DNA from: Rubripirellula sp.
GTDB taxonomy: Bacteria; Planctomycetota; Planctomycetia; Pirellulales; Pirellulaceae
Length of the DNA: 64,000 bases
Direction: 5' to 3'
NCBI GenBank assembly: GCA_965216875.1
Contig: OZ244207.1
Coordinates: 1,280,001-1,344,000, forward strand
A model generated the notes under the pieces. It saw only the letters and a list, made by a program, of their open reading frames with translations. It did not search any database and was not told the origin of the DNA. Positions 32,761-43,693 of the stretch are shown in pieces. A program made the translations under genes and the position numbers. Positions within the stretch are counted from its first letter, which is position 1. The number at the start of each line of letters is the position of its first letter.

Positions 32761-34770
32761 CTAGGGTCGTTCTTCCAATTCCACCGTGATTTGCTTGGTC
32801 GTTCCGTCGCGAAGAAATTCAATCGAGAGGCTTTCACCAGGGTTTTTACCCCGCATGAAATCCAGGACATCCGTCGAGGATGCAACGCTTTTCTTGCCCA
32901 GTTTGACCAGCTGGTCGCCGGTGCGCAGTCCGCTTCGCTCGGCAGGTCCGTCAGGGGTCAGGCCCGAGATCGTCACCTTGTTGTCGTCATCCGAGAGGGT
33001 TACCCCAATGAAAGCCGTCATTTGACGGCGAATTTTGACGCGATTCTCGGTCTGTGCGTACGTTGGACGCTCCGCTTGGATCGCCAGCTCATGCGCGACT
33101 GCAGAAACTGTATCGGTTATGCGGGCCATGCCACCAAAATCGATTTTGTCGAAATCATCGGTTGGGCGGTGATAATCGTTGTGGAGCCCAGTAAAGAAGA
33201 ACAGGACCGGCACGCCAGCTTCGTAAAACGATTGGTGATCACTCGGCCCGTAGCCCGTTGCAACCTTCATCAAATTGAATTGCCCAATCTGGTTGGAGCG
33301 ATCAACCAGCTCATCAAATCCGGTGGCCGAACCCGTTCCGTAGACCGTCAATTCGTTGTCACGGATTCGGCCAACCATGTCCAAGTTGATCATGGCCACC
33401 GTCGATTCGATCGGGAAACGCGGGTTGCGGACATAGTGTTTGCTGCCCAACAGCCCCCGTTCTTCGCCGGTGAAGGCAATGAAAACGAATCGGCGATGCG
33501 AATCGACGTTGCGCAACCCATCAACCATGTTTCGAGCGATTGCTAGCATCGCCGAGGTGCCGCTCGCATTGTCGTCTGCGCCGTTGTGGATCGCGATCGT
33601 TCCCGGGGCGAGCGACCCGTAGCCTCCCATGCCGACATGGTCATAGTGAGCGCCGACGACGACCGTTTCATCGGCGAGGTCACCTTTGCCGGCAAGCGTG
33701 CCGATCACATTGCTGCTGGCGGCGTTGGTTGGTTTCAGTTCGATCTTGAGCGTGCAGTCGATGCCCATCAAATCAGCGCTGGCCGGTTTGGTGGCCTTGT
33801 CGATTTGTTGTTCGAGTTCTTCGAGGGATTTACCTGTTGAGCTCTTGAGGAGACTGCTTGCGAGTTGGCGGGAAATCGTCGCAACGGGAATGGAGTCGCG
33901 ATTGCCAATCCGACGACCAGCTTCCCCGACCTCAAGCAGGCCTTTCTGTGCACGATTCAAATCGGTTTGGAGTGATCGAATCATGTTGTCGATATCGTTG
34001 ATTCGACGAGCAAACGTACGGCGATTGTTTTTGGCTTCGGCTGGCAGTTGCTCAATCTCTTTTTGAATCTTTGCTTTGCGTTGCTGCTCGCGAAAGATCT
34101 TGCTGCGTTCGTTTTGAACGCCTGCTAGAACGCTGGTCGGGTCGTTGATGATGATGATCGCCGAGGCGCCATGTTTGATTGCGTTGGCGATTTTGGAGGC
34201 AAAGTAAGCGTGCGGCGTGTTGCGAGTCCCATTGAACTTGCTTGAAGGCACGTTCATGCCTGGTTCTTTGCGGATCACCATGACCACTTTGCCCTTGGCG
34301 TCGACGCCCGAATAGTCGTCGTAGCCGAACTCAGGTGCCGTGATTCCGTAACCTGCGAAAAGGACTCCACCGCTTACCGTGCCTGACGCTGATCCGATGG
34401 CGAGCGGGTTCATTGCTTCATCGAACTTGGCAGTGATCGGTTCGTCGTCGGTCAATTCGAATTTCAGGAAGTTGTTCTCGGGCAATCCGGCCCGTGCACC
34501 CAGGCTGATGCTCAGTTCTTGCATAGGCGAGCCATCGAACAGGTCGGTGTTGAGTCCGATTTCTTGCATCCGTGTGGCGACATAGTCGGCCGCAACGTGA
34601 ATGGAATCGTCGACCGAGCTGCGTCCCTTCAGTTCGTCGCTGGCAAGGTGCTGCAGGTCTGCGCGAAGTTGAGTTTGAGTCTTTCGAGAGAACTCGCTGC
34701 TACGAGGACGTTCGGCCAGTCCCGTGGCGGTTACGGAAAGAGCGATCAGGCAAAAGGAAAGCATGCGCAT
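32761..34770 (-). CDS. M28 family aminopeptidase with PA and PDZ domains
   Basis: GAHYDH, GADDNASG, FTGEERGLLGS, NLDMVG, SDH and C-terminal PDZ. Confidence 0.92.
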   Translation of the reverse strand: MRMLSFCLIALSVTATGLAERPRSSEFSRKTQTQLRADLQHLASDELKGRSSVDDSIHVAADYVATRMQEIGLNTDLFDGSPMQELSISLGARAGLPENNFLKFELTDDEPITAKFDEAMNPLAIGSASGTVSGGVLFAGYGITAPEFGYDDYSGVDAKGKVVMVIRKEPGMNVPSSKFNGTRNTPHAYFASKIANAIKHGASAIIIINDPTSVLAGVQNERSKIFREQQRKAKIQKEIEQLPAEAKNNRRTFARRINDIDNMIRSLQTDLNRAQKGLLEVGEAGRRIGNRDSIPVATISRQLASSLLKSSTGKSLEELEQQIDKATKPASADLMGIDCTLKIELKPTNAASSNVIGTLAGKGDLADETVVVGAHYDHVGMGGYGSLAPGTIAIHNGADDNASGTSAMLAIARNMVDGLRNVDSHRRFVFIAFTGEERGLLGSKHYVRNPRFPIESTVAMINLDMVGRIRDNELTVYGTGSATGFDELVDRSNQIGQFNLMKVATGYGPSDHQSFYEAGVPVLFFFTGLHNDYHRPTDDFDKIDFGGMARITDTVSAVAHELAIQAERPTYAQTENRVKIRRQMTAFIGVTLSDDDNKVTISGLTPDGPAERSGLRTGDQLVKLGKKSVASSTDVLDFMRGKNPGESLSIEFLRDGTTKQITVELEERP

Positions 34771-35210
34771 GATCAATGTCGAGACTCCGGAATCGGTTGG
34801 GATCTTGATTTCGCGTTGGCCGTGTTCGGCAAGGCGGCCGTGCCACCTCGCGACACAAGTGCGAGAGCGGTTCATCGAGACCTCAGCATAGTGGACTGCA
34901 AAGAGACGCCACAGTGTCGGCGGGCGACGATTTGCAAATCAGAGGCCGGATTGTGGGGCTCGAAACATCGCCGTCAGCCCTTTTCGGAAAAGTCTTCCAA
35001 ACCGGAAGGGTCTGGGCGAAAGTCGCGACATATCTGATCAGGTTCACGGGCCCCGGAGCTCCATTGCGGGGTGAATTTCGCTAATTGGACGCCACGGTTG
35101 GGGATCGGCTAGGATAGACGGGACCTTTTCAAATCCCGACCCCACCTACAAGCCACCACGGTCGGCCCTTTTCAGCGATTGCGATGGCTTGTTGGCATGC
35201 GACCGATGCC

Positions 35211-36092
35211 ATGAATGCAGACGATCTACACGACCTGTACAAAATGTTGCGCGGCAGCCGTTCCGCGTTGATGGTTCTTGATGCTCGCGGCCTTTTCATG
35301 GATCGCCAATATGAAAAAGCGCTCGCGCTGTTGGTCGAGTCTCGAGATGCCTTCGCGGAAAGTCGCACTCGGTTGATGAAGCAGGATGCCGAAGCTGAAG
35401 GTGCAAAGACCAAGGGAAAAGACAAGGCAAAGAACAAGGAAGCTGAGCGGGCGGCGCGTCGCATCAAACGAAAGCAAGACAAGGTGAAGGAGATTCTTGA
35501 CACCTTCGATGAACTTGTGCCACAAGTTGAAAAGCTCGCTAAACGGCGCGCCGACCGACAACCGACCGAGAAGGTGGACGCGGCACCCGAGGCTGCGGAG
35601 CCAAGCGAAGCTGCGGAGTCGAATGCCGAATCGATCGGGCAGTCGGGTGGTGGATCCGGACGCCAAGTATTGGACTTGCCAAGAACGTCTTCGATCCCAG
35701 CTCGGCCGAGTGAAGTGACCCGTGAGTTTTCCGAGGCCTTCCGCGCTTCTTCGGGTGATCAACAGCTGGGGGTCATCAGCCAGTTTTTTGGCTTTTGCGA
35801 AGTGCAGTCTGAAAGTGACATTCATGCCGACGCGCTCTACTACATTCGCAGCGGCGAGAAGAGTTTCTTGATTCGTACGCTAGCGGATGCTTCGGTCGCC
35901 GGCGAAATCACGATGGCGACCGCGATCGATTCCAAACCGATGAAGCCGTTCAAGCCGAAGGCGTTTTTGAAGCTCGGCAAGAAACGAAAGATGGTGCTTC
36001 TGACATCGCGATCGCGAACCGACGCGGGCGACGCCGCCGCGGAGTACGATACTCAGTACGACACCGATTTTGACACCGACTTTGACCTCTAG
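35211..36092 (+). CDS. Hypothetical protein with acidic C-terminal tetrapeptide repeats
   Basis: ~290-aa ORF ending EYDTQYDTDFDTDFDL. Confidence 0.65.
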   Translation: MNADDLHDLYKMLRGSRSALMVLDARGLFMDRQYEKALALLVESRDAFAESRTRLMKQDAEAEGAKTKGKDKAKNKEAERAARRIKRKQDKVKEILDTFDELVPQVEKLAKRRADRQPTEKVDAAPEAAEPSEAAESNAESIGQSGGGSGRQVLDLPRTSSIPARPSEVTREFSEAFRASSGDQQLGVISQFFGFCEVQSESDIHADALYYIRSGEKSFLIRTLADASVAGEITMATAIDSKPMKPFKPKAFLKLGKKRKMVLLTSRSRTDAGDAAAEYDTQYDTDFDTDFDL

Positions 36093-36104
36093 CTCGGATT
36101 CGGC

Positions 36105-37139
36105 ATGACGACCGCAGAGGAAAGCGAACCCACTGAAGATCAGCTCGCGATTCGCAGCTACTTCGAATCGGATCGATTTCACGCGGGGCGAGTGATCCAG
36201 CATGCAAAATTGCCGCGGCGGCCGATGGATTCGCTGCCCGTTTTCGCCGCAAGCGGGATTCCCAGCTTGGTGATGGGCATCTTTGGATTGGCGGCGTTGA
36301 CCTGCGTGTTTGGCGCGGCGTTGCCGATGGTGATGCATTTCATCGAGGAATCCAACATCGGCAGGCCAAGCTATCTCTGGATGATGGTGCTCGTACAGTC
36401 GGTCCTCTACCCGCCGCTGCTCGCGTTTGCGTTTTCGATCACTGCCCCGATGTTCCATCACATTGCGCTCAGCGCGCGGTGTCTGCTCTCAGCGCTTGCG
36501 ACGCTGCCGGGTTGTTTTTGCTTTCTGATTTCGATCGAGTTCTTTGAAGGGCATCGCAACAGTATTTGGTACGACTTCTTCATTGTGATGTCCGCCTGTT
36601 TCGTCGCGGTGGCAAGTGTCGCGGTGATCATTCAGCTGTTCACCCCTTGGACGGCGACCCATTTGCTAAGGCGAGGTCAGTCGTTGCCGCAAACGGGCTT
36701 GCGATCGTTGATCGAATTGACCGCGATTGCGGCGGCCGCTTGTGCCGTGATCATGGCCAACAATTTCATGGAATACTGGGAAGGAGTCCTTCTGTTTGCT
36801 GGGGTGGGTCTGATCCTTTCCTTCACAATCATCTCGGTGATGATGGCGTTCTTGCGGCCGCGGGGGATTAACCCGTGGGCGATCGTGATCGGCATGTGTT
36901 TTACGTTTGCTGCCGCGTTTTTCGTCTCGGGCTTCTTTGCCGCCCTCGAATTCGGCTGGGACGCGATCGGCCAGGACGCCCTCTATGTTGGCGTTGCCGC
37001 GTTTTACGGTTCGATCGTTATCACCCTGGTGATGGCGATGTGCATTGTTTGGCTTCGCTCATGCGGTTGGAGTTGTATCCATCGGCGTGAGTACCAGAAA
37101 GCGATCGAGTCCGAGTTGGGAGACGAAGATTTCCAGTGA
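36105..37139 (+). CDS. Multi-pass membrane protein
   Basis: About 8 hydrophobic segments. Confidence 0.75.
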   Translation: MTTAEESEPTEDQLAIRSYFESDRFHAGRVIQHAKLPRRPMDSLPVFAASGIPSLVMGIFGLAALTCVFGAALPMVMHFIEESNIGRPSYLWMMVLVQSVLYPPLLAFAFSITAPMFHHIALSARCLLSALATLPGCFCFLISIEFFEGHRNSIWYDFFIVMSACFVAVASVAVIIQLFTPWTATHLLRRGQSLPQTGLRSLIELTAIAAAACAVIMANNFMEYWEGVLLFAGVGLILSFTIISVMMAFLRPRGINPWAIVIGMCFTFAAAFFVSGFFAALEFGWDAIGQDALYVGVAAFYGSIVITLVMAMCIVWLRSCGWSCIHRREYQKAIESELGDEDFQ

Positions 37140-37222
37140 GCCGTGATCGCGTAAGCGGCCGGGCTTTGTTTGTTGTGCGATACTGCCGGATCTGCGTCGC
37201 TGTCGCTCCTTGATCCGGCCTA
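37137..37222. repeat. REP-like element
   Basis: GAGCCGTGATCGCGTAAGCGGCCGG plus GCCGGATCTGCGTCGCTGTCGCTCCTTGATCCGGCCTAC, as at 553-699. Confidence 0.8.
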
Positions 37223-37651
37223 CTTTGCAAATAACTGACTCCGGTCCTTGAACGCTTTGAATTCGAGCGCGTTGCCGGATGGGTCGAGAAAGAACATGGT
37301 GGCTTGTTCGCCCACTTCCCCTTTGAAGCGAACGTAGGGTTCGATCACAAACTCGATCCCCTTCGCTTTGAGTCTCTCGGCCAGCTGTTGCCACTGTTGC
37401 ATTTCGAGCACAACACCAAAGTGCGGCACGGGGACATCGTGGCCATCGACGGCGTTGTGGTGATTGCGCGCTGCGTCGACTTGCATGTTCGGTTTTTCGT
37501 GGGCGACGATTTGATGTCCAAACAGGTCATAGTCGACCCAGGTCGTGTCGCTGCGCCCTTCGGGCAGTCCAAGCACGTCACCGTAAAACTCTCTCGCCAC
37601 GCCAATGTCGTGAACCGGGAACGCATGATGAAACGGGGTAAGGTTTGGCAT
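37220..37651 (-). CDS. VOC/glyoxalase family protein
   Basis: [23 protein letters not shown] and [10 protein letters not shown]. Confidence 0.9.
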   Translation of the reverse strand: MPNLTPFHHAFPVHDIGVAREFYGDVLGLPEGRSDTTWVDYDLFGHQIVAHEKPNMQVDAARNHHNAVDGHDVPVPHFGVVLEMQQWQQLAERLKAKGIEFVIEPYVRFKGEVGEQATMFFLDPSGNALEFKAFKDRSQLFAK

Positions 37652-37655
37652 CGAT

Positions 37656-38750
37656 TCAATCCTTGGGGTGGCTCGTTCCAGCGACGACGCGATGGTTTTC
37701 GGAGTCGCCGACAAAGTAGCCATGCTCGGGGTGGAAGGAAATCCCGTGCGGCCGTTTCAAGGCCGTGGTTCTGTCCGATTGATTTCCGCCCATCGCGGTT
37801 TCGACCGTCCCCTGCTGGAGGTTGATGCGCCGGATGGCATGGTTCTCGGTGTCGACAACAAGCAGTCTTCCTCGCGAGGACATCACCAAACCCTTGGGGC
37901 CAGCGAACGTTGCATCCAGCGCCTTGCCCCCGTCCCCCGTGTATCCTTTCTTTCCGGTTCCCGCGACGCGGTGCAGTTTGTCGGTGGACCGGTCAATGCG
38001 CCAGATACTGTTCCCTTCGCGGAGCGCGATCCAGATCGAGTCCTCGTCGACCGCAAGTGAGCGTGGACCAAACAACGGCGCACCGAGCGCGTCCTGGCCG
38101 TCGATTGGCATTTTGCGTTTGCCCGTTCCTGAGATCGTCGTCACGATTCCCGTTTTGAGGTCGATGCGACGCAAGCGGTGATTGCCCGTGTCGGCAACAA
38201 GCAATCCGCCGGACGGGTCAAGCACCACGCTGTGAGGCTGTTTGAACTGAACATCCGTGCCCGACTTACCGTCGCCGGCGAAACCAGGTTTGCCGTTTCC
38301 GGCCAGGGTGGTGACGACGCCGGACTTTGCGTCGATGAATCGAATCACATGGTTGCGAGTGTCTGCGACGTACAAATTGCCCGACGGGTCGATCCGAACT
38401 TCGTGTGGCCAATTGAAGGCGGCCTCGGTTGCCGGGCCGCCGTCGCCGGTGTAGCCAAGTGTTCCGTTGCCAGCGATGCGCCGCAGCTTTTTGCCGGTGA
38501 CATCGGTTTTCCAAACGCATTGGTCGTCAACGGTGGTCAGCCACACGTCGTTGCCAATGATCTCGACTCCAAAGGGGTTGCCAAGCTTGATTGCCGTCGC
38601 GGGGCCGTTGGGTTGGTCCGCTTCGTAGGGGGACGATCGTTTGTTCGGTTGGCCCGATCCGGCGAAAGGACGAACGTCGTCGGCCAAGACGGAGCACGCG
38701 AAGGAGGCAAGAAAGAGAGGCAGGCAGTGACACGCAAACGAGCGAAGCAT
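37656..38750 (-). CDS. Secreted NHL-repeat beta-propeller protein
   Basis: Repeated AGxG..G..GDGG...A.F..P and ADTxNH motifs, with signal peptide. Confidence 0.88.
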   Translation of the reverse strand: MLRSFACHCLPLFLASFACSVLADDVRPFAGSGQPNKRSSPYEADQPNGPATAIKLGNPFGVEIIGNDVWLTTVDDQCVWKTDVTGKKLRRIAGNGTLGYTGDGGPATEAAFNWPHEVRIDPSGNLYVADTRNHVIRFIDAKSGVVTTLAGNGKPGFAGDGKSGTDVQFKQPHSVVLDPSGGLLVADTGNHRLRRIDLKTGIVTTISGTGKRKMPIDGQDALGAPLFGPRSLAVDEDSIWIALREGNSIWRIDRSTDKLHRVAGTGKKGYTGDGGKALDATFAGPKGLVMSSRGRLLVVDTENHAIRRINLQQGTVETAMGGNQSDRTTALKRPHGISFHPEHGYFVGDSENHRVVAGTSHPKD

Positions 38751-38914
38751 AGGAAGTTTGTCAGAGGTGGGTGGGGTTGGTGGGAGCCCGTTCAATTTAG
38801 CGAGCCGAATCTCGTTTTTCAGCAGGGAGGCGGTTTTTCGGCAGGGAGGTGAACTGGCTGCCTGAATCACGGTACGATCATGGCTTCAAATCCACCGTCG
38901 GGGAAAACGAATTC

Positions 38915-40786
38915 GTGCAAAAAGTCGAAGTCAGCGTTTGGGAAGGAAAGACGGAGCTTTGGACCGGGATTTCGAAGACACCGCTTGAGATTGGTCGCCA
39001 GCAAGAGGGCGATTCGGGCCCGCTCGAGTTGCAGGATCTCGGTGCCAGTCAGCGTTTGGTGATCGCACCCGTGTCGGCACGCTCGATTCCGCGCCAAGCA
39101 TTGCGCGTCGAATCCCCCAATGAACGCACGATTCGAGTCGCGAACATCCATCCGCGGCTTTCGTTTTATGTTGGAACCGAAGCGAAGCCACTCGGACCCG
39201 GCGAATCGTTTGAAGCCGGTGACGAGATTGTCGTATCGCTCCCAGAAAACCGAACGGTGCGCGTCCAGTCCTGCGGAGTCGACAGTGGGGTTGCGCCCGC
39301 GAGCAGTGGTATGGACGCATTGGCGACCAACTACCGGACGCTGTCAGCACCGCTTGAATCGACCTTCGAAAAAGATTCGCCCGTTCGTTTTAACGAGCTG
39401 TTTGGCGAAAAGAACCGTGAAGACCAAGGTCGCGTCGCTGTCGAGTTGGTGCGTTCGGCACTGACCGTTGTCCAGCAGGCGGCAGGATCGAACGAGTTTT
39501 ATGACTCGGCGGTGCGTAGTGTTGCAACGATGGTCGAACTCGATCGCGCGCTCGTGTTGGAACGCATCGGTGATCGCTGGAAAGTTCGCTCGGCCTACTC
39601 CAATTCGATGGCCAGTTCGATCGATACGGAATCGGAAGAGCCGTCGTACAGCCGCTCGTTGCTACAGCGTGTGTTGCGCACTGGAAAGACGATCATCTAC
39701 GATCCGGCCAACTACATGCACACTCAAGATTCGTCGATGATGATCTTGGATCGTGCGGTCGCTGCGCCGATCGTTGATGAAAAGGGAAACGTGATCGCTG
39801 CCCTGTATGGTGACCGCAAATACGGATCAGGCAACCAAGACACACCTATCGGCGATCTTGAAGCGGCGCTGTTGGACGTGATGGCCAGTGCCGTTGCATC
39901 GGGCATCAATCGCCAACGTCAAGAAGCGATTCGTTCTAACCTGACGCAATTCTTTTCACATGAGATCGCGGCGCGGCTTGAGAAAGATGACGGCACGTTG
40001 CTTGAAGGACGCGATGCTGAAGTCAGCGTTCTGTTTTGTGACATTCGAGGATTCAGCGCGATCTCCGAGCGTGTTGGAGCGAGGCGAACGATCGAATGGA
40101 TCAACGACGTTTTAACCGAACTGAGTCATTGCGTGATCCGACAGCATGGCGTGTTGGTCGATTATGTGGGCGACGAAGTGATGGCGATGTGGGGCGCGCC
40201 CGATGATCAGCCCGATCATGCGGTCCGCGCCTGTCGCGCCGCCGTTGAAATGCTTAGCTTTATCGAACCGCTGCGCGAACGCTGGAAGGAAATCACGCCC
40301 GACAAGTTTGGCTTTGGGATCGGGATCAGCACCGGAGTTGCCCGCGTTGGCAACACCGGGTCGAAGGTGAAGTTCAAGTATGGACCACTCGGCCCGACGG
40401 TGAACCTGGCCAGTCGAGTTCAAGGCATTACCAAGAAGCTGGGTGTGGCCGGCCTGATCACCGATTCGACCGCCGAGGCAGTCGGTCGCGCGTTTGACCA
40501 TCGACGACTTGCGGTGGTGCGCCCGGTCGGTTTCACCGAACCGGTTGGGCTTCATGAACTGAAAGAAGGTGCCAACGAAGACTGGCGCCAAATGGCTCAC
40601 CGATATGAATCGGCGCTTGCATCATTCGACAGCGGGGACCTCACTGGTGCGGCCCGTCAGCTTGCATCTCTTGTCCATGACCACCCCGAAGACAATCCGA
40701 GCGTCGTTCTCTTGGGACGTGTGGTCGACGCGCTGACGCGGAAAGAAGAACGGGTCGATCCCGTTTGGGTGATGGACAGCAAGTGA
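38915..40786 (+). CDS. Class III nucleotidyl cyclase with N-terminal FHA-like and GAF domains
   Basis: LFCDIRGFS, YVGDEVMA, GNTGS and VNLASR. Central GAF region. The start is uncertain. Confidence 0.88.
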   Translation: MQKVEVSVWEGKTELWTGISKTPLEIGRQQEGDSGPLELQDLGASQRLVIAPVSARSIPRQALRVESPNERTIRVANIHPRLSFYVGTEAKPLGPGESFEAGDEIVVSLPENRTVRVQSCGVDSGVAPASSGMDALATNYRTLSAPLESTFEKDSPVRFNELFGEKNREDQGRVAVELVRSALTVVQQAAGSNEFYDSAVRSVATMVELDRALVLERIGDRWKVRSAYSNSMASSIDTESEEPSYSRSLLQRVLRTGKTIIYDPANYMHTQDSSMMILDRAVAAPIVDEKGNVIAALYGDRKYGSGNQDTPIGDLEAALLDVMASAVASGINRQRQEAIRSNLTQFFSHEIAARLEKDDGTLLEGRDAEVSVLFCDIRGFSAISERVGARRTIEWINDVLTELSHCVIRQHGVLVDYVGDEVMAMWGAPDDQPDHAVRACRAAVEMLSFIEPLRERWKEITPDKFGFGIGISTGVARVGNTGSKVKFKYGPLGPTVNLASRVQGITKKLGVAGLITDSTAEAVGRAFDHRRLAVVRPVGFTEPVGLHELKEGANEDWRQMAHRYESALASFDSGDLTGAARQLASLVHDHPEDNPSVVLLGRVVDALTRKEERVDPVWVMDSK

Positions 40787-40794
40787 TCCAAAAG

Positions 40795-40930
40795 ATTGTC
40801 GCCTTTCGCTCCGCGAAAGCAACGCTGTTAAACGCAACTTTCGCGGAGCGAAAGGCGACTCTATCGAAGCTCGACTTCAAGAAAGTCAGCTCGAATTGAA
40901 TGCCCGGCCGCTTACGCGATCACGGCTCAA
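40795..40930. repeat. REP-like elements
   Basis: GTCGCCTTTCGCTCCGCGAAAG/CTTTCGCGGAGCGAAAGGCGAC palindrome plus CCGGCCGCTTACGCGATCACGGCTCA. Confidence 0.85.
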
Positions 40931-40981
40931 TGTTCTGGTGCCGCGTTTTCGCCTCAGTCATTCGACTTGATTGCCCAGCGC

Positions 40982-42052
40982 CTACTTGTTTTGCGGTGCG
41001 GCGGGTTGCTGTGCCATCTGTGGATTCGTTGGCATGTAGGGATTGCGGTGCACCTTCCAGTTGGCTGGTGGCTTTTGGGGGATGAAGTTCTTCAGGAAGC
41101 TGTTCATCACTCCGGCAATGATGCCGTTTCGTTTGACGTCGGTGAACTCGTAATGATCCCACTCGGCCGCGGTCTTGGCGTTGAAGTTCGGCGGGTAAAG
41201 GATCAGCGCGTGTGGCAGGAACGTCTTCTTATTCAAAGCGATCTGAACCAGTTTGTATTGTGCACGGTCTTCTTGGGTCTTTGGCCAAGCTTCGACCATG
41301 TAGACGTCGGTTCCTTCAGGAGCTTTGACCTGACGGATCCAGTAACGCTGCTTGATTTTCGCAGCATCAAGATTGAAGACGAACGGCAGCGGACTGTTGA
41401 AGATTTCTTTGCCGCGAAGGTTTGGCGGCAGGTCTTGGATGTTGCACTCTTCTTTATTGCGATCGTATTCGATGATCTTCTCGCCGTCGCAAACCCAGTA
41501 TTCGCCGTGAGTGTTGAGCCGAGTCTTGGGGTTCACCTTGGGGGCGAATTGAGGTTTGCCTTCTTGCATGTGCGTGAAGTAGAGCAAGCTGTCGACACGG
41601 AATAGTCCGCGGTCAGGTGCGGCATACTTGATCGCTCCTTCGGCATACCGGGCGTGAACACCCGCGGGAGCGGCAAGCATGTCAAAGTGCCAGCGTTTAA
41701 AGCCGCACTCGAGCGTTTTGGTACCCTTGCTCTGCATTTCCCAACTGGCCAGCAGTTGATTGAGCTGTGCTTCGGCTGCAGCATTGAGCGGTGGAAAGGG
41801 TGCGGCCGCCTGAGCAGGTGCTGCCGTTCGTGCCTGTCCCTGTGCGGCTGCCAGTGGCTGTCGAGCGGTTTGACCCTGCTGGGCAGGTTGCGTCTGAGTG
41901 CGTGCGTCCTGGACGTATTGCTGTGCGGTGTTGGCTCCGCTTTGACCGGCATTGGCTCCACCACGTGCGTAGCTAGGAGTTCCCGCTTGTTGGGCAAGAG
42001 CGGGAGCCGAGATTAGTGCGGCGAAAATTGTGGCCCATGTCAGTCGCATCAT
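40982..42052 (-). CDS. Planctomycete-specific secreted protein (TIGR03009-like, LolA-like fold)
   Basis: Signal peptide, Q/A-rich linker, EYWVCDG, PLPFVF and LPHALIL. Confidence 0.7.
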   Translation of the reverse strand: MMRLTWATIFAALISAPALAQQAGTPSYARGGANAGQSGANTAQQYVQDARTQTQPAQQGQTARQPLAAAQGQARTAAPAQAAAPFPPLNAAAEAQLNQLLASWEMQSKGTKTLECGFKRWHFDMLAAPAGVHARYAEGAIKYAAPDRGLFRVDSLLYFTHMQEGKPQFAPKVNPKTRLNTHGEYWVCDGEKIIEYDRNKEECNIQDLPPNLRGKEIFNSPLPFVFNLDAAKIKQRYWIRQVKAPEGTDVYMVEAWPKTQEDRAQYKLVQIALNKKTFLPHALILYPPNFNAKTAAEWDHYEFTDVKRNGIIAGVMNSFLKNFIPQKPPANWKVHRNPYMPTNPQMAQQPAAPQNK

Positions 42053-42210
42053 CCGTGACGCCTGTTAGGTGCGAGGTGCAATGAACGTCGAGTTTCGCTG
42101 CGCATCCGAACGGCAGCGTGGGCGGATCGTAGCAACGACGGTCGATGAGGCGAAAGAGGAATCTCGCAGGACGCTGCGGAGAGGCGTCGGTTTGTGAACT
42201 GCGCTTATTA

Positions 42211-42320
42211 ACACTCTCCCTTGGGAGAGTCGGGCTCTAAGGCCCGGAGAGGGTTTGTTTATCGGAATCAATCCCTCCTCGGACTTTGCGTCCGACCCTC
42301 CCGCAAGCGGGAGGGTGATT
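42211..42320. repeat. REP-like element (second copy of 13209-13318)
   Basis: Near-identical flanking hairpins. Confidence 0.85.
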
Positions 42321-42551
42321 TGCACGTTGCACCGCGTGAAACTTGCCGGGCGGACGTTGCAAACACATCGAACTCGCGATTGTGTCATCACTCTGATGGT
42401 CAAATCGGCCCGTGAAACTCACCTCGCTAATATTTTGCGATTTGAGAAGCTCTACGGGTCATGACGATTCGGCGGAGTGCCGATGTTTGACGAAGAGAGG
42501 CGATGCGCGTCAACGAGCCGACGTGCGCGCCAATGTTTGGGGGACAACGGG

Positions 42552-43622
42552 ATGCCGATACATTTTCCACGACGGAGCTTTTTGGCCACTGCTGCAGCGT
42601 TTGCAATTCCAACGCTCGCGCAAGGCCAAGAGCCAGAAACGATCATTGCATTGCGTGAAACGACGGGCGAGACCTTTCCTGTTTCGTGCCATGCCGTTCG
42701 GCTTGGCGGTCGACGCAGCGAATTGGGCGTGGTGATCACTGCGGTGGCCCTGCATCCCTCGGGAGATGCCATCGCGGTCGCTGGCGACGACCATGTGATT
42801 CGGATATTGCACACCGATTCGCTTTCGGAAGTCGCCAAGTTGGAAGCGCACCGAGACTTGGTGCCGACCCTCGCGTTCGATCCTTCGGGCCGACGATTGC
42901 TTTCGGCCGGGAACGACGGCCAACTGATCATCTGGGAAAAGGACGCGACGCGCTCCCTGGGATCGTACAAAGTCGATCAAAGAATGACCGGTACGCCGGC
43001 AATCACCTGCGTGGCCTTTTCAAACGCGGGCGACACCTTTGCGGCTGTTGGCTTTAGCAACGTCGTTTACGTCAGCAGTCGCACCGGAACGTCGAAGCTC
43101 TCTTTCGAGTGCGACTGCAATGATCTGCGAGCGGTCACTTATCGTGATGACGATGGTGTCTTGGCCGTCGCAGGGCGGTCCGGACACATTCATCTCTTCG
43201 ATCCCGCCACCGGGAAGATGCTTGCCGAGTCTTTGATTCACGAAGGTCGCGTGCATCAAATTGCATTCCATCGCGATTCGGGATTGGCGGTGAGTGTTGG
43301 CGATGATGGATGCGTCTGTGCCTACGACAGCGAAACGCGCCGGCTCGTCAATCGAACCAAAGTGACCCGTGGCAAGTTGTTTGCCGTCACCGTAGTTGAT
43401 CGCGAGCGCGTTGCGGTGGCCGGTTCGGACAACAAGGTTCACGTTGTGAATACCAAAGACGCGGTGATCGAAGTGAGCTTGGCAGGGCATCAAGGTTCCG
43501 TCTCGGCGCTTGCTGCCGGCGGCGCCAGCGTTTACTCCGGCGGCTATGACGCATCGCTTCGTCGCTGGGCGATCGATCTTGGTTCGGAACGTATCGCGGA
43601 AGTCCCCGAGATCGATCGCTGA
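42552..43622 (+). CDS. WD40-repeat protein with probable Tat signal
   Basis: PRRSFL twin-arginine motif and GH..V..L/SGGYD..LRRW WD40 repeats. Confidence 0.85.
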   Translation: MPIHFPRRSFLATAAAFAIPTLAQGQEPETIIALRETTGETFPVSCHAVRLGGRRSELGVVITAVALHPSGDAIAVAGDDHVIRILHTDSLSEVAKLEAHRDLVPTLAFDPSGRRLLSAGNDGQLIIWEKDATRSLGSYKVDQRMTGTPAITCVAFSNAGDTFAAVGFSNVVYVSSRTGTSKLSFECDCNDLRAVTYRDDDGVLAVAGRSGHIHLFDPATGKMLAESLIHEGRVHQIAFHRDSGLAVSVGDDGCVCAYDSETRRLVNRTKVTRGKLFAVTVVDRERVAVAGSDNKVHVVNTKDAVIEVSLAGHQGSVSALAAGGASVYSGGYDASLRRWAIDLGSERIAEVPEIDR

Positions 43623-43693
43623 CCGACGCCTCAGCACAACGACACACGGCAACGTACGACTACGAATGAGACGGCACACGGAGGTGCCAAAGC

